50,536 nt of DNA, from positions 1 to 50,536 of the forward strand of contig JYFJ02002805.1 in the NCBI GenBank assembly GCA_000934665.2. The letters are read 5' to 3'. Under the pieces are notes generated by a model, which made no database searches, had not been told where the DNA came from, and saw only the letters and a program-made list of their open reading frames with translations. Positions 33,318 to 45,300 of the stretch are shown here, in pieces (position 1 is the stretch's first letter; every line of letters begins with the position of its first letter). This DNA comes from Catajapyx aquilonaris (lineage: Eukaryota). Made by a program: the position numbers and the translations under genes.

Positions 33318-36300
33318 ATGATGCCAGGCAAGGGGAAGCAGAGTCCCAAAGGAAGAGGAAATGGAAAGCAGAATGGGAAAGGACAGTCCAGTGGAGGGCG
33401 GCATGGGAAGGATGCTGGAACTTCCTCTGGAAAGGGAGGAAGGGGTGGTGATGGTGGAGGAGCCACCTCTCCTGACTGCACCCTCAGTCTGCCTAACATC
33501 AAGGTTATTGATCACACCAAAGCACTGCCTAGATTTACTGCAGGTTTGTTGCATTTTAACTTAAGAGGTGATAAAGAATATTGTGAATATTGCCAATTAA
33601 GAATTTTTAAATGTTGATGTACGGAACTTATTGAAAATACCATAAGTAGCCTACTTGACGCTACACAGGTATGGGTGTCAATCTGATTTTTTTTTAACCT
33701 CTGACATTTTGTAAAAAAAATCTATGCCTGATACTCGACTCTCTTGCAAAGTTTGAGCAGAGTTCTTAGTATAGACACCAACACTGTAACGTGGCAAACC
33801 CCCTGCCACTACCATCACCACCATCCATGCCATTGGCTGGGAGTGAGGAGTGGGGGACTGACAAGTTAGATCACCAGCCCCTGCAGCTGTTTTCCTCAGA
33901 AGTGGTTTGACTACACTTGCTACCACTTCTTTCGAGTTAACAGGAGAAATGTATTGACATACGCGAAATAATGGCAAATTGGAACTTGTTTAGCATTGTA
34001 CTAATATCATTAGAATAACTTTGCTGATGCAATTAGTACATCCAATAAACGAGTTGCAAATATGCAGTTATTTTTCACATTCTTTTAATATCCTTTCAAT
34101 TTGCACTAAACAAGTACATAGGACATTCAAATTTACTTTCACAGTACTGCCAAGACATATTAATATGCAATACTTTGGCACTGTGGGCAGTGACTCATTA
34201 TAGTCTGTAATGCACATTTGGACAAGTTATTGCTAATAAAATTGCTATGAAGAACTGTGTGACTAAATATTTCAGGGCTGTACTTCCCTAGACTTATTTT
34301 TTTGACAAAATGCCAAAAGACTTTTCAAGCCTAAATGAATGCTTGTGCCTGTACTGTCATGCTCATATGAGATATTCATTACACCCTGTATACTTGATAT
34401 GTTATGCTGTTGCCTTATTATTTGACCAGTGTTAAGTCGCAATGAAGAGGAAGGCGTTGGAATGGAGGACTTGGACACCCTCCAAATGGAGCTAGAGACA
34501 CTACTGTCATCAGTGGCAGTAAGGATGAGGACATTGCAGGGAGAAGTGGACATTATAAACAGTGCTGAGGACAAGAAGTGGAGGACCAGCTTGAGTAAAC
34601 CTGTAAGTTTGTTTTGAGTCTGCATTACAGTATTGAATCTTCAAAATGACAAACACCTGCATTTGGCATGGGGTTGAACTGGTGGTGGCAGTATTGGAAT
34701 GAGTTAAGTCACACTGCCACACTGTCACAAAGGGTCTTAACCATGATGATATTTATTCCTCCAGCCTGGGTCTCCTGGGAAGCGTGGCAAGCACCATGAT
34801 GACCGCCCTACCAAAAAATTCAAGGACCATTCCGGAAAAGCCAAGGATGTTTCCTCTCCTGCCTTGAAGCCCCCAAAAGTAAAGCCTGTCACCCCAAAAG
34901 CTGAAGTAGATCCTGATCTCCCCCTACCAGATCTTCCACGACCCCCACCTCCAAAGAATGATGTTCCCAACAAATTCTGGGCATCAGTGGAGCCATTCTG
35001 TTCTGACATCACCCCTGATGACATCAAGGTGCTTGAAGAACTAGTGAAGACACACTTGGATGATGCGGAATACCAAAAGATACCCCCATTGGGTAAACAC
35101 TACACAGTCCGTTGGGCTCAGGAGGACCTCCTGGAAGAGCAGAAGGAGGGTACCAAGCTGTTCAAGAAAAAGGTTGGAGTCCAAAGCATGACTGAGGCTG
35201 AGCACATGCTTAGGAGGGTAGCCGAAAAAAATAGTGGATTTGGAGATGTAACTCAGCGACTGGTGTCAGCACTGATAGAGGAGGGAATAACAACAATGGA
35301 GGATGGAGGTGATGGTGATGGCAATGAGCGAAAGATTAAGATGAGTGTTGGTGCAGCAGCATCTTTGGAGCGGCGACTCAAGAAGGAGCTCCAGGAACAA
35401 GGGATTCTGGATGCAGCTGATGAGCCCACAATGGCACAGGATCAGGCCAATGACGAGATCTTACAGGAACTCAGACGCAGTCAGGTAGAAACAGTTTAGG
35501 AAGGTTACTTACGAAGGTTTACTGTAAGAAGCCAGTACTCTCTCTATATCGTCCTGAGACCCGAGAAGAATTTTTAACGCAATGTCAGTTCCTATTGCAG
35601 TTTCTGAACATTATCCCAATAAGAAACGAGAAAAAAAAAATTGTTTTAAAATATCAACAAAAATAAGTGACAAACAACCAATGAGAACATTAGGACCCAA
35701 TTGCTGCTACAAAAGCAGAACGGATGAAAGCTGAAAATTTAAATACCACCTAATGGATCACTAACATAGTGCTCTATCCTCAAAACAATGTTTTTTAAAT
35801 TCATTTGTGGAATTCGTGGTAGCAATTCCTCTCCGAAGACAAATAAAGATAAATGAAATTATTTTTGAACGCCACCACTCCAGGCATGGGGCTTGCTCCT
35901 TCCCTTCTTACCCGCTAGAGTGGTACCTTGCTATTCTAGATTTTAAAACTAAACTGTATAGTGCAAAGCACACTTCTTTATGGGTGTATAGGTACAGTGC
36001 TGGGCACATTAGCCGTCGCTGAATTTTTTTTCCCGTCGGCAACGGCACTACGTTACCTGGCAACCCCATCCGACGGGCCAATTCAAACATCTAGCCCAAG
36101 CATTTTAGTCTGATATGTGCCCAAACCCGGTAAAAAATAATGTAAATCTGAAAATCGCAGGAAATGTTCTGTTAAGTGTGCTGAACAACATACTAAAAGT
36201 CCCAAGAGCTCCTATGCCGGCATCATGTTTTTTTCGGCGCAAGAAGTACATAAGTCTCACTCGCTGTGGAATTGGCTATAAAAGCAAAACTACTCCTCCG

Positions 36301-37876
36301 AGGCAATCGCCCCGGCACCATTTTGGTCGCAAAAAGCATCTTCGCACCTAATTGGCCAGGCGGACTGCTCGGAGCTCTGGGCGTTGCCCACTTGTCACCT
36401 GAGCCAGCTTTTTTTGCACCTGGCAGATCCCATTACTTCCTTTTAAACCTTAAACTTGTAAAATTTTAAAAAATGGACACTAATGTTTCGATAATTCCTC
36501 AGAGAGACTGGGCAACCATATAGAATTAGCTTGGATTTCTGAGAGGGGTAGAAGCTGCCTTGAAAAATCCCAGTCTTGTGCATAGTTTATGAGGCGGTTG
36601 CTGGCCTCTCTCGATATTTGCAGTGTAGGTTAGTATGTCTCGCAATGTACAACCCCCTCTTGTGCATGAATCGAGAGCGAAACCAAGGGTGCCAGATCCA
36701 GTGATTTTCGCCTAGGCTCTCTTTTTAAACCACCACCCGAAGAGTTCAGAATCAGTCAGGAGACAAAGGGTTAATGTATTGTTAGATTTGCATTCAGGAA
36801 AGCATGCTATTTTTTCATGTGAAGAAGGGGTAATACTGGGTGGATCAGAGAGTGCCACAGCAATAAAATCCGTTGTTAAACTTGCAATCTGTGTATAATG
36901 GTGCATAAAAATATGGCTGTAATCACTTTAATTAGTGAAATACATAGTATACACCTATATATGGTATGGTGGAGGTGGGAAGGTGTGGTGGCCGAGGTGG
37001 TAACGTCTCGGCTTGCTGAATGAAAGGTCCCAGATTCGATCCCCGCCTGGGAGTTCCCTTTTTCCTGCGTCAGGAGGGCCTGTGACCCCCACCTTGGAGG
37101 TGTCTGGCAACCTAATCTCCTGGGGGACTGCACATGGCCCGACATCCGACATTGCACCTACAGAAGTGTCCCCTCCCCAACAATCCCTCTTCCTACCCCA
37201 CATCCCGAAGCCCTACACTGTGATTGAAGAAAAAAAAAAGAAATTTTTTTTCGAAATGGTGGTAATCCACCCCCCTACAGGGGTTATCACAGGGTAATAG
37301 AGAGAGAAAAATGGTATGGTAAGTATATGGTTCAGTCATAATAATTTGACACCTGGCTGACTTCTTAATCAGATGGGCCCCTTCTGAGCAGCTTGTGTTA
37401 TTTTGGGGAATTACATTGATCCAATATGTTAGTTGAGATATGTGGAAGAAATTTATCAAATTGAAATACTTGACTGAGTGTAAGTGTATACCTATTAATG
37501 CATACTGAGTACTGGAAATACTGTGACTAGATATTTTGTACCCAACTGCTTATATCGTGACACAAGTTTCCTCCTTGACAAACATTTTAATGGCATCTCT
37601 TAATTTCCTCACAATCAGGCAGAGCAGAAGGCCCTCTCACAGCACAACTTGCAGCAGCTTCAGAGGCTGTTGAAAATGGCCAAGGAGCAAATGGCCAGGC
37701 AGGAACTGAAGCAGAAGCTGAAAGCTGCTGATGCAGAGGTGATGGAGGCCTACAGGAGAATAGCTGCTGCCCACCAGAAAAAGAAGCCTCCTACAAAGAA
37801 GGAGAAGGAGCAGGCTTGGAAGGCCTTGCGGGACAGGGAGGCCATCTTGAAGCAGTTGGACAGCTCTTCAAACTAG
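33318..37876 (+). CDS. TADA3: Transcriptional adapter 3 (ADA3, SAGA/ATAC HAT module); exons 33318-33543, 34430-34602, 34765-35484, 37619-37876
   Basis: PRFTAVLSR..EGVGMEDLDTLQMELETLLSS, KNDVPNKFWASVEPFC, KIPPLGKHYTVRWAQEDLLEEQ, TQRLVSALIEE, DEILQELRRSQAE and KKKPPTKKEKEQAWKAL. Confidence 0.95.
36979..37240 (+). mobile_element. tRNA-derived SINE family A, near full length, in TADA3 intron 3
   Basis: A box TGGCCGAGGTGG, loop with TTGCTGA, B box GATTCGATCCC, body shared with the 17739 copy, and an A-rich 3' tail. Confidence 0.82.
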
Positions 37877-37977
37877 TGGCTTCAGGTGATTACACAGACA
37901 TTGCCAATAGTTTTTGTTGTATGTAAATATGTATTTATGCGGCGTGAGGGTCAGTTTGTTGTACACTCAAGAGCACA

Positions 37978-38752
37978 TTAATAGAGGAGAGCTGCTGTAA
38001 TAAAGCTGATCAAAAGGCAAAGGAACCCAGGAGTATGTTTGATCATGCCACTCATAGAGTAAGAGTAGTCCATTGTTATTTCTGGGGGTGCTTCCTTCTC
38101 GGATGTGATGTCTTCATGGGCTGATTCACCTTGCTCTTCAGATTCACTCTCTACTTGTTCTTCTGTTTCCTCTGATTCTTTCGTTTCGTCTGATTTTTTC
38201 GTTTCGTCTGATTTTTTCGTTTCTTCTGAATGTTTCATTTCTCCTGCCTCAGTTGAGACTGATACTGCAGATGTTGCAGTCTCTCCGCTTTCTACAGGTG
38301 GTGTTGCATCATCCTCTGGAGAAGGTACTTCTGTGGTATTTTGCATGACCTCGGCTAACGTCATGCCAGCAGTTGAATCTGTATCAGTCTCAGCTGAACC
38401 TCCTGTGGGATTAGTTGATGCTTCGGTGACATCCGAAGAATTTCCTGGTGCCTCAGCTGAAGATTCTGTGACCTCATCACTTGCCTATGAACAGGAAGTG
38501 GAATTATTACAAGCTCTCTTGAATATTGGTCTCATATCTTGTACTACTGCACATTGCATGAGTCTGTGAATTGAAACACTTCCTTTGATCATGCATGGGG
38601 AAGCCAAGCCAAGCCAAGCCAAGAAATCACCTGGAAGGAGCGTATCAGTTAACAGGCTAATGCAACTTGCAATAGGCATATTGTGAAAGGAAAGGCATTA
38701 CCTGAGAAATAAAGATGAGTGTGAAAATAAGCACAATTCTGAAGAGCTCCAT
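37978..38752 (-). CDS. Orphan secreted, acidic Ser/Thr/Glu-rich mucin-like protein with GPI-type tail; exons 38752-38702, 38484-37978
   Basis: Signal peptide MELFRIVLIFTLIFISQ|A joined by a phase-0 GT-AG intron to a low-complexity S/T/E body with ETKKSD repeats and a hydrophobic terminus PGFLCLLISFITAALLY*. Confidence 0.7.
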
Positions 38753-39389
38753 TTTGTTCTCGTCTCTGGAGCAGTTACACAAGCACAGAGAGTTGTAGAT
38801 ACTGCACTGCCTGAAACGACACTGCAGCTTGCTGCAACTGTTGATTACCAATAGGTGTCTATTTCCACTCACTTCATCCTGCCAGCATTTCCTGGGCTGG
38901 CATCAGTGTGAGATTAATTCCACCAGACTTTCAGTTCTTTGTGCGCACTTTATTTTCACCCGATGGAATCATTAGTATATGGAGCTAACGTGAAACATGG
39001 ACATGCATTCTGGGATTTTGTCAATTTTGGAAGGGAACATTTAGATTCACAAAAGTAGAGAGCAGGGCACATTTATTTATTTCTGAAACAAATTTGTCTT
39101 GGGTTTATAAAACTCGAGCTACAGGATACCACGCGCCTCTGTTCCTGATAGATAAGTCAATAATCAATAATTGAGGGCCAGCAGGATGTTTGCTTGATTA
39201 GGCAGTGCTGACCTTCAGAAAGTCAAACATACTGGCCCACATAATACCTCTTACGAAACCATATTAAGAGGAGCGCCTTTTGATGTAAAATAGTGACATG
39301 TAGTAACATAAAATAATATCGTGATAGATCCCAATATCATTAATAGCAATGTTAATCCAGATTAAAATATATTAATAAATTACTCAACT

Positions 39390-42300
39390 TCAAAACAGAA
39401 CCTGGTACATCACACACATTATTAGACTTGGAAGCCAAGTGAAACTATTGGCAATCATTTTAGCACCAGATGGGGAATGAGTTGCTGGGCCAACCACTGG
39501 CCTCGGAGGTCGATGGTGATGCCCTCGAGTGGCAGGAGTGGGTGGGGTGAAACCTGTTGGTCCGTGTTCTGTGCTGATGGAAGGAGTTGTTGTCATATTT
39601 GATGGAGGTGTGGTGCTGCCTGTCATTTCTGGGACTTCAGCTTTGGCAGGGTTGGATACATCTCCCTGTAGATTTAGCCAATGAATCAAATTATGTGACA
39701 TATGTTAGGTAACGTGCATTTCTTACCACTTTGCTCCAGTTTATGCCCATGATTGAAAAATAAATGCTGGATGAGGTATAGGAGCACTGCACAGTAATAT
39801 TAAACATCTGGTTCTGCCCAGGAGCTTCCGCCAGGAAATGTTTTGTATGTAGAGTGGATGCAGTTGGATTCAGTGCTTCAGACACACTTGGAGAGTAATA
39901 CACGATATAGGTCTGCACTGAAAATAAATTAAATAGCGAATGTGAATTGTGATGTTGAGTAAGTAGAATGAAACCTATCCATAGAAGACTACCTGGAGAC
40001 TAGAGTGGAAAATAGTGACAACTTAACTGTGAAAATAATAATAATGGGTAGTGGGGACCGCCTGGGAGGTATTACACGGACCTTTATATAAAGGCATACC
40101 TTACAATGTCATATGCTCACTTTGGATATGCAACCTTGCCTTTTAAATTAAACATTTGCGCTTCGGTTTTCATTCAAATAGCTATCTCATTTGGTGTAGT
40201 AGGCAGTTGCTGACATGGTGGAAATATTGTAACTATCCATTACAGAGGAGATGATATGATCACTAACTTGTTGATTTAGAGTATTAGTGAATCAGTAACA
40301 AGGCTGACACCTTACTTTATATTCCTGCTATCATTACAAAAAACATTTCATCTTCACACCATGGCAAGGTCAGTTTATAGACTGTGTGTTGCCTAGAGAC
40401 TTGACCGTACCATCTGGTGCTGATGTGATGTTTTCCTAAATGATGTCAGAGTAGTCTTCTGGTGTCCAGGTGTGCAGTACATCCTAGATGTCTAGATTTG
40501 AATCATTATGAAACACTCTGCATGGCAGTAGCCTACTGTAACTTATACTGCCTTGAATCTTTTCTGTCAAGCTTATTTTGTGCTGGATTTTTTTATTTGC
40601 CCCTAGATTCAAGGCATTAGTTGTCAATCTTATTTTATTGCATGATGAGGTGATGATAATAGTGCAGTGACCCATGCATGGCGACGTGTTTCATTCACGC
40701 ATGAATCTATTCATATTACACCTAAGTGAAGGTATCTTCTACATACATTTGTAATTAGCTTATAATGACACTCATATGAAACTACCATCTCATAGTTACT
40801 TACATGGCTTGTTGGTTATTTTGGTACCAACTGATGTCCACTGAAGTGTAATATTTGCATGACAATGAGTGGTAGAATTGTCAATATCCTCCACAACTGC
40901 CTTTAAATCTGTCACTGGATTGGGTTTTTCCTGAAAAGCATCAGTACAGAGGAGTTACATTTTTCTTTGACATTTAATATTCAGTGGTACGACATTAACT
41001 ATATGGGAGAAGACACAGGGGTCACAGGTCAATGTTAATGTATGCTGCAATAGGAGTAGGCAGATTTTTATTCACATTAACTGAATGTAGTGGATGAGCC
41101 CGGTGTGCTCCAAAACTACTCATGGAATGCCAAAATGTCAGTATTTTATTTATCCAGGATGAACTCAACTGAATCATTTTCCATTTAATGTGTAAGCCCT
41201 GACTTCCTTTCTGCCTGGCTGTGTGTTCTACCATGACGTTTCCAGGAAAGAGTCACGGAGCGATTTTTTTGTCTCCATGACGAGGGGTAGTTTCATGATC
41301 ATGGGATGAGAATATGTGATCAGAATCAATACTTCAAAAGGTTTGCAGGTTCAAATAGGTGTAAAGAAGCCTTTTAAATATTTTGATTTGGCAAAACATT
41401 CCTTAATATCCTGATTTTATTTTACATACTTATGATTTTGTGCAGGTGTTCCAAAATTAGGAAATTATTTCAAACCTGAATATATTCAGGAGAGTGATGG
41501 ACACAATGGTTCAATTATTCAGAATTGAATTTAGTCATGAATTCATGATCAATTTAAAATATTTGAATTGAGGGCAGCATGTGAAGAATGAAGGTAGATG
41601 GCCTTAACATAAAATAAATGAGAATTCAACTGAATAAAGAGGAATGGGAAATTGAGTTGTGATGGATTAAAGTTAAATGAGAAATGGGAAGTGAGTGCCC
41701 AATGGATTAGGTTTGGTGTATTCATTTTCAAATGAATTGGGCCCATCTTGGATTCTGATCATCATCACAGCACCAAGAGTTGTTTTCTTACCAATCCATT
41801 CGCATTTGAAATTTTCAAGATGACAATATCATGCAGGCTTCGTTGCAGGTCATATCCACCATATGATACAATGCGCCAGTCAGGGGTACTTCCACAACAA
41901 TAATTAACTGCAGAAATAAGTAAATTAGCAGTTCTCATGAATGATTAGCAAACCAATAATTTCCCACCTTGATTCCGAGGAATTACACTTGATATTGTTG
42001 AGGGTCTGTTTTTATTCACTGCAGCATTTGTGAAGGAACTTTGATCATCACCTACTACAAGGGTCATAGATACTCTGTAAATGCCACTCACTTGTGGAAC
42101 AAAGTAAGCAGAGTAGACACCATCCCCACTAATCAGATCAGGATCTAGTAATATAGAATCAAAAGTTGGCCATATGCAAAGAGATTTACCAGGGCTATAC
42201 TTTATACATACTTTTTTCCCCATCATCTTTAAGCTTAAGCGGTGTAATAATACCATTTGGTAACAAAATGCGTGCATTGACTTCACCATTGGTAATGAGG

Positions 42301-45300
42301 GAATTTTTCATTGCCACTTTCATAACGAGAATGACAAAATCTTCTTTGTTCATGTCAACCTGGTATTCCCTTCCATTTCTAATACCATTGCTCCAAACTT
42401 GCATGTCCAGGACCTTCGGAGTAGCATTATAAGATGATGAATGTACATCCAGTACAACCAGTGTAGATTCAGTGTCACATAACTCAATTGTGTAGTCATA
42501 TGCCACATTCTGTCAAAGTTGAGGTAATAGTCTTAACAAGGTGTTTTTGTCTGACAAACTCATGTGACATGGATGAAAAACTTGGAAAGAAAAACAAATC
42601 TTACCAACTCTTCTCCTACAGAATATGTCAAGACTTTTTGAGCCGTAGAATATTTTTTCATATTCCATGCAATATCTTGTGCCGAATGAGTTTTCAGTTT
42701 TCCATTGATATACACATTTATTGTATCCATCATATCGCATTGGAGGATTAAGGTGGTATGTAAGCCCAATGTATCATCAACATATATTTTTCCAGTGTGA
42801 TTCTTAACTTTGTTCAGGTTAATATTCACCAGGTCAAGCTGCAATGGAAATCATTTACTCCAATACACAACAGACAACATTATGTCACGTGGCCTTTCCT
42901 CAAAACCATAAGGCGAGACACTTTTTAAAACTTCGCCAGGGCCCCCTTTCATATGGCACATGAATGATATGTATCCCAAGGAAGAGACTTTCTGGTTCTT
43001 TCAGTAAGTATGTCAAAAAAATGTCATCAAATGAAAGTACTGAACTGTCCCAGAATGCTGTCTTTGATGATCCTGGGTATAACAGGTAGGGGTGCGCCTA
43101 CAGGGGCCTAAATAAATCAGTGACATTTCTTTGACACTTACTCCTTGATGTTACTAATTAAGTGTACGAAGAAAGCAATACTGTAAATACCTGCTGAATC
43201 AAATTCTTGCCGTCAAAATTGTGTGAGAGATGTGATGCTGCTGTTTCGACTCTCTCTTTGCAATCTTGTACTGTCACAGGAAAATAGTAGCTTGAAGTTC
43301 TGTTTAGAAGTGCTGCAAAATTTTGAGAGGTGCTTCCATCCACAATGATGAGCATGATTTTCATGCTGTTCAAAAGGCTGATAATCTCACTCTCACTCCA
43401 CTTGGCAGAGTTCATATCACCGTATTTGGTTATGAACAGAACAGAACCTTCCAAGTCCCTAAATATTGATAATTTGTCTATGGCCTCATAAACGGCTGAA
43501 CTCAAGTCTACTCCTGCATCAACCTCACTACCACTGTTTACAATGGCAGATATAAGTTTCTCCTTCACATCAGGAGACATATGAGTTAGAGGCAGTTTTT
43601 CATCCAAATAAGGTGAGGATTTTTGGACTTGTCCCCCAAATGTAGCAAGTCCAACCAAACTGTCAGCATTGATGACCCCTGAAGTGACACTCTGCTTCAA
43701 CTGCATGTTCACTTCAGATCTTAACTGTGGAATATTGAAGAACTTCACAATGATAGAAATGTCACAAATAAGAGGAATATCTTAAGTTATCACATACATC
43801 GTCATATGCGCCGACTTCACTGACATCCATCAAGAAGTATATTCCTTTACTGGCTGATGTCCAAAATTTGACATTTGGTGGTTTGCTATTTGTTGTGGGT
43901 GGATTGGCACCTTTAGCAAAATCAACATTTTGCTCCATTACTTGCCATATACTCCGTTTACCACATAAATCATTCTGCTTGTTTGGGGCTTCAAAATTGT
44001 GGGTATTGGCATCACAAAATGATGTAACCTGAAATGACTCAAATTATTATTAACAATATATTGCTCAATGTTATCATTAATAATATTTCATGCTAACTCA
44101 CTTCCACACTATCTAGAGAGCTGAAAATTGACATCCTGATTAGTAGAAACCTCACGGAAAAGTTCCATATCTCATATATCTGTACATTTGTAGCACGAAT
44201 TGATATGCATATCTGAACTGAACCCTCATGCAATTTGCCAATTGGCTGCCTACCTACAGGGGCAGGTAATGAAAATCATAATCTTATAATAAAGCCCTGG
44301 CTTAGTGTAATCCATTGTATTAGAAGTATATTTCATGTGTGCCATGAATCTTGACTTTGTTGCGTTAATGTAAAATATTAGTTACACTGTAGTACGTATA
44401 TTTTCAAACCGAACAATTGAAAAGTTCTCTTGAACATTCTCAATAGTTTTGGAATGTGGCTTAAAAACTATCTTATAAGCCTACTTTATTACTCCAGGTG
44501 TCTAAAGTGGACTGATGCACCTGTTGACAGGGACGGTTGAAAGACTTTGAAGAGGATATACACACTGTACCATACTCGTAATGTTGCCATATAAAGACAG
44601 AAGACCATGTAACCCATAGTTTGGAGCCAAAATTTATACATAAATTATTCAACTCGAAGCTGACAAACATGTGATGTGTGTTGATTTTTTGGCACTCTTT
44701 CCATGAACGTATTAATTTTTATGTACCAGTCCTGTTTAAAATACAAATCATAATTTAAATTTTGGAATTTTAAATTTGGAAATTCTACCTGTTTTTACAT
44801 GGCACTAAACAATATCATTACATCATCCTCCGAATCTGTGGACCAACACACTATTTGCCACCAGCAATCCAAAAACTGATTTGGTGGTTTATGATCCAGG
44901 GTAGTGGATGCAGGTGGATGGATGTTGAGCTGCTGTCACAAAATGGATGTATTGGGTCATGTTGGTAATTTTGAAGTATCAAGCAACCAAAAACTGATTA
45001 GAAAGAAGACAGAAAGAAATCTAATTTTTTGAATTCAATGGTTTTTTGAGGTTTACTTTAACAAACTTTTAAATGTCCAAATTGACATTTTTATAATTAT
45101 TTTGGAAATAAGTTCATGTGGAATTGTTCCAATATCATTTATCTTTTCATTGTTTTCGTAACATTAACTCATGCCAAAGGGCCTGAGGTCCCTTACCTCC
45201 ATCCACTCACAACCATCCGAACTTCTATAGCTTCTCCACTGATGGGAGACCTTAAGTTACACCCAAAAATGGTGACATTATTGTCTGCTGGCATGTAAGT

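Noticed and set aside
38105..38569. Ser-rich plus-strand ORF (and similar antisense ORFs over GT11, GBE1, RCL1, BABAM1, F-box and the SP array)
   Set aside because: Antisense shadows of real coding exons.
38520..38630. Extra exon of the mucin-like gene containing (GGCTT)4
   Set aside because: Joined in phase 0 to the signal-peptide exon it hits a stop after 13 codons; direct splicing to 38484 keeps the frame.
40300..40675. Additional CLCA exon
   Set aside because: Every acceptor tried gives an early stop in the required phase; exon 40930-40804 joins 39917 in frame.
41476..41750. Short palindromes (CCTGAATATATTCAGG, TCATGAATTCATGA) and GAATTG-rich tract in a CLCA intron
   Set aside because: Possibly an old MITE, but no matching termini or TSD could be defined.
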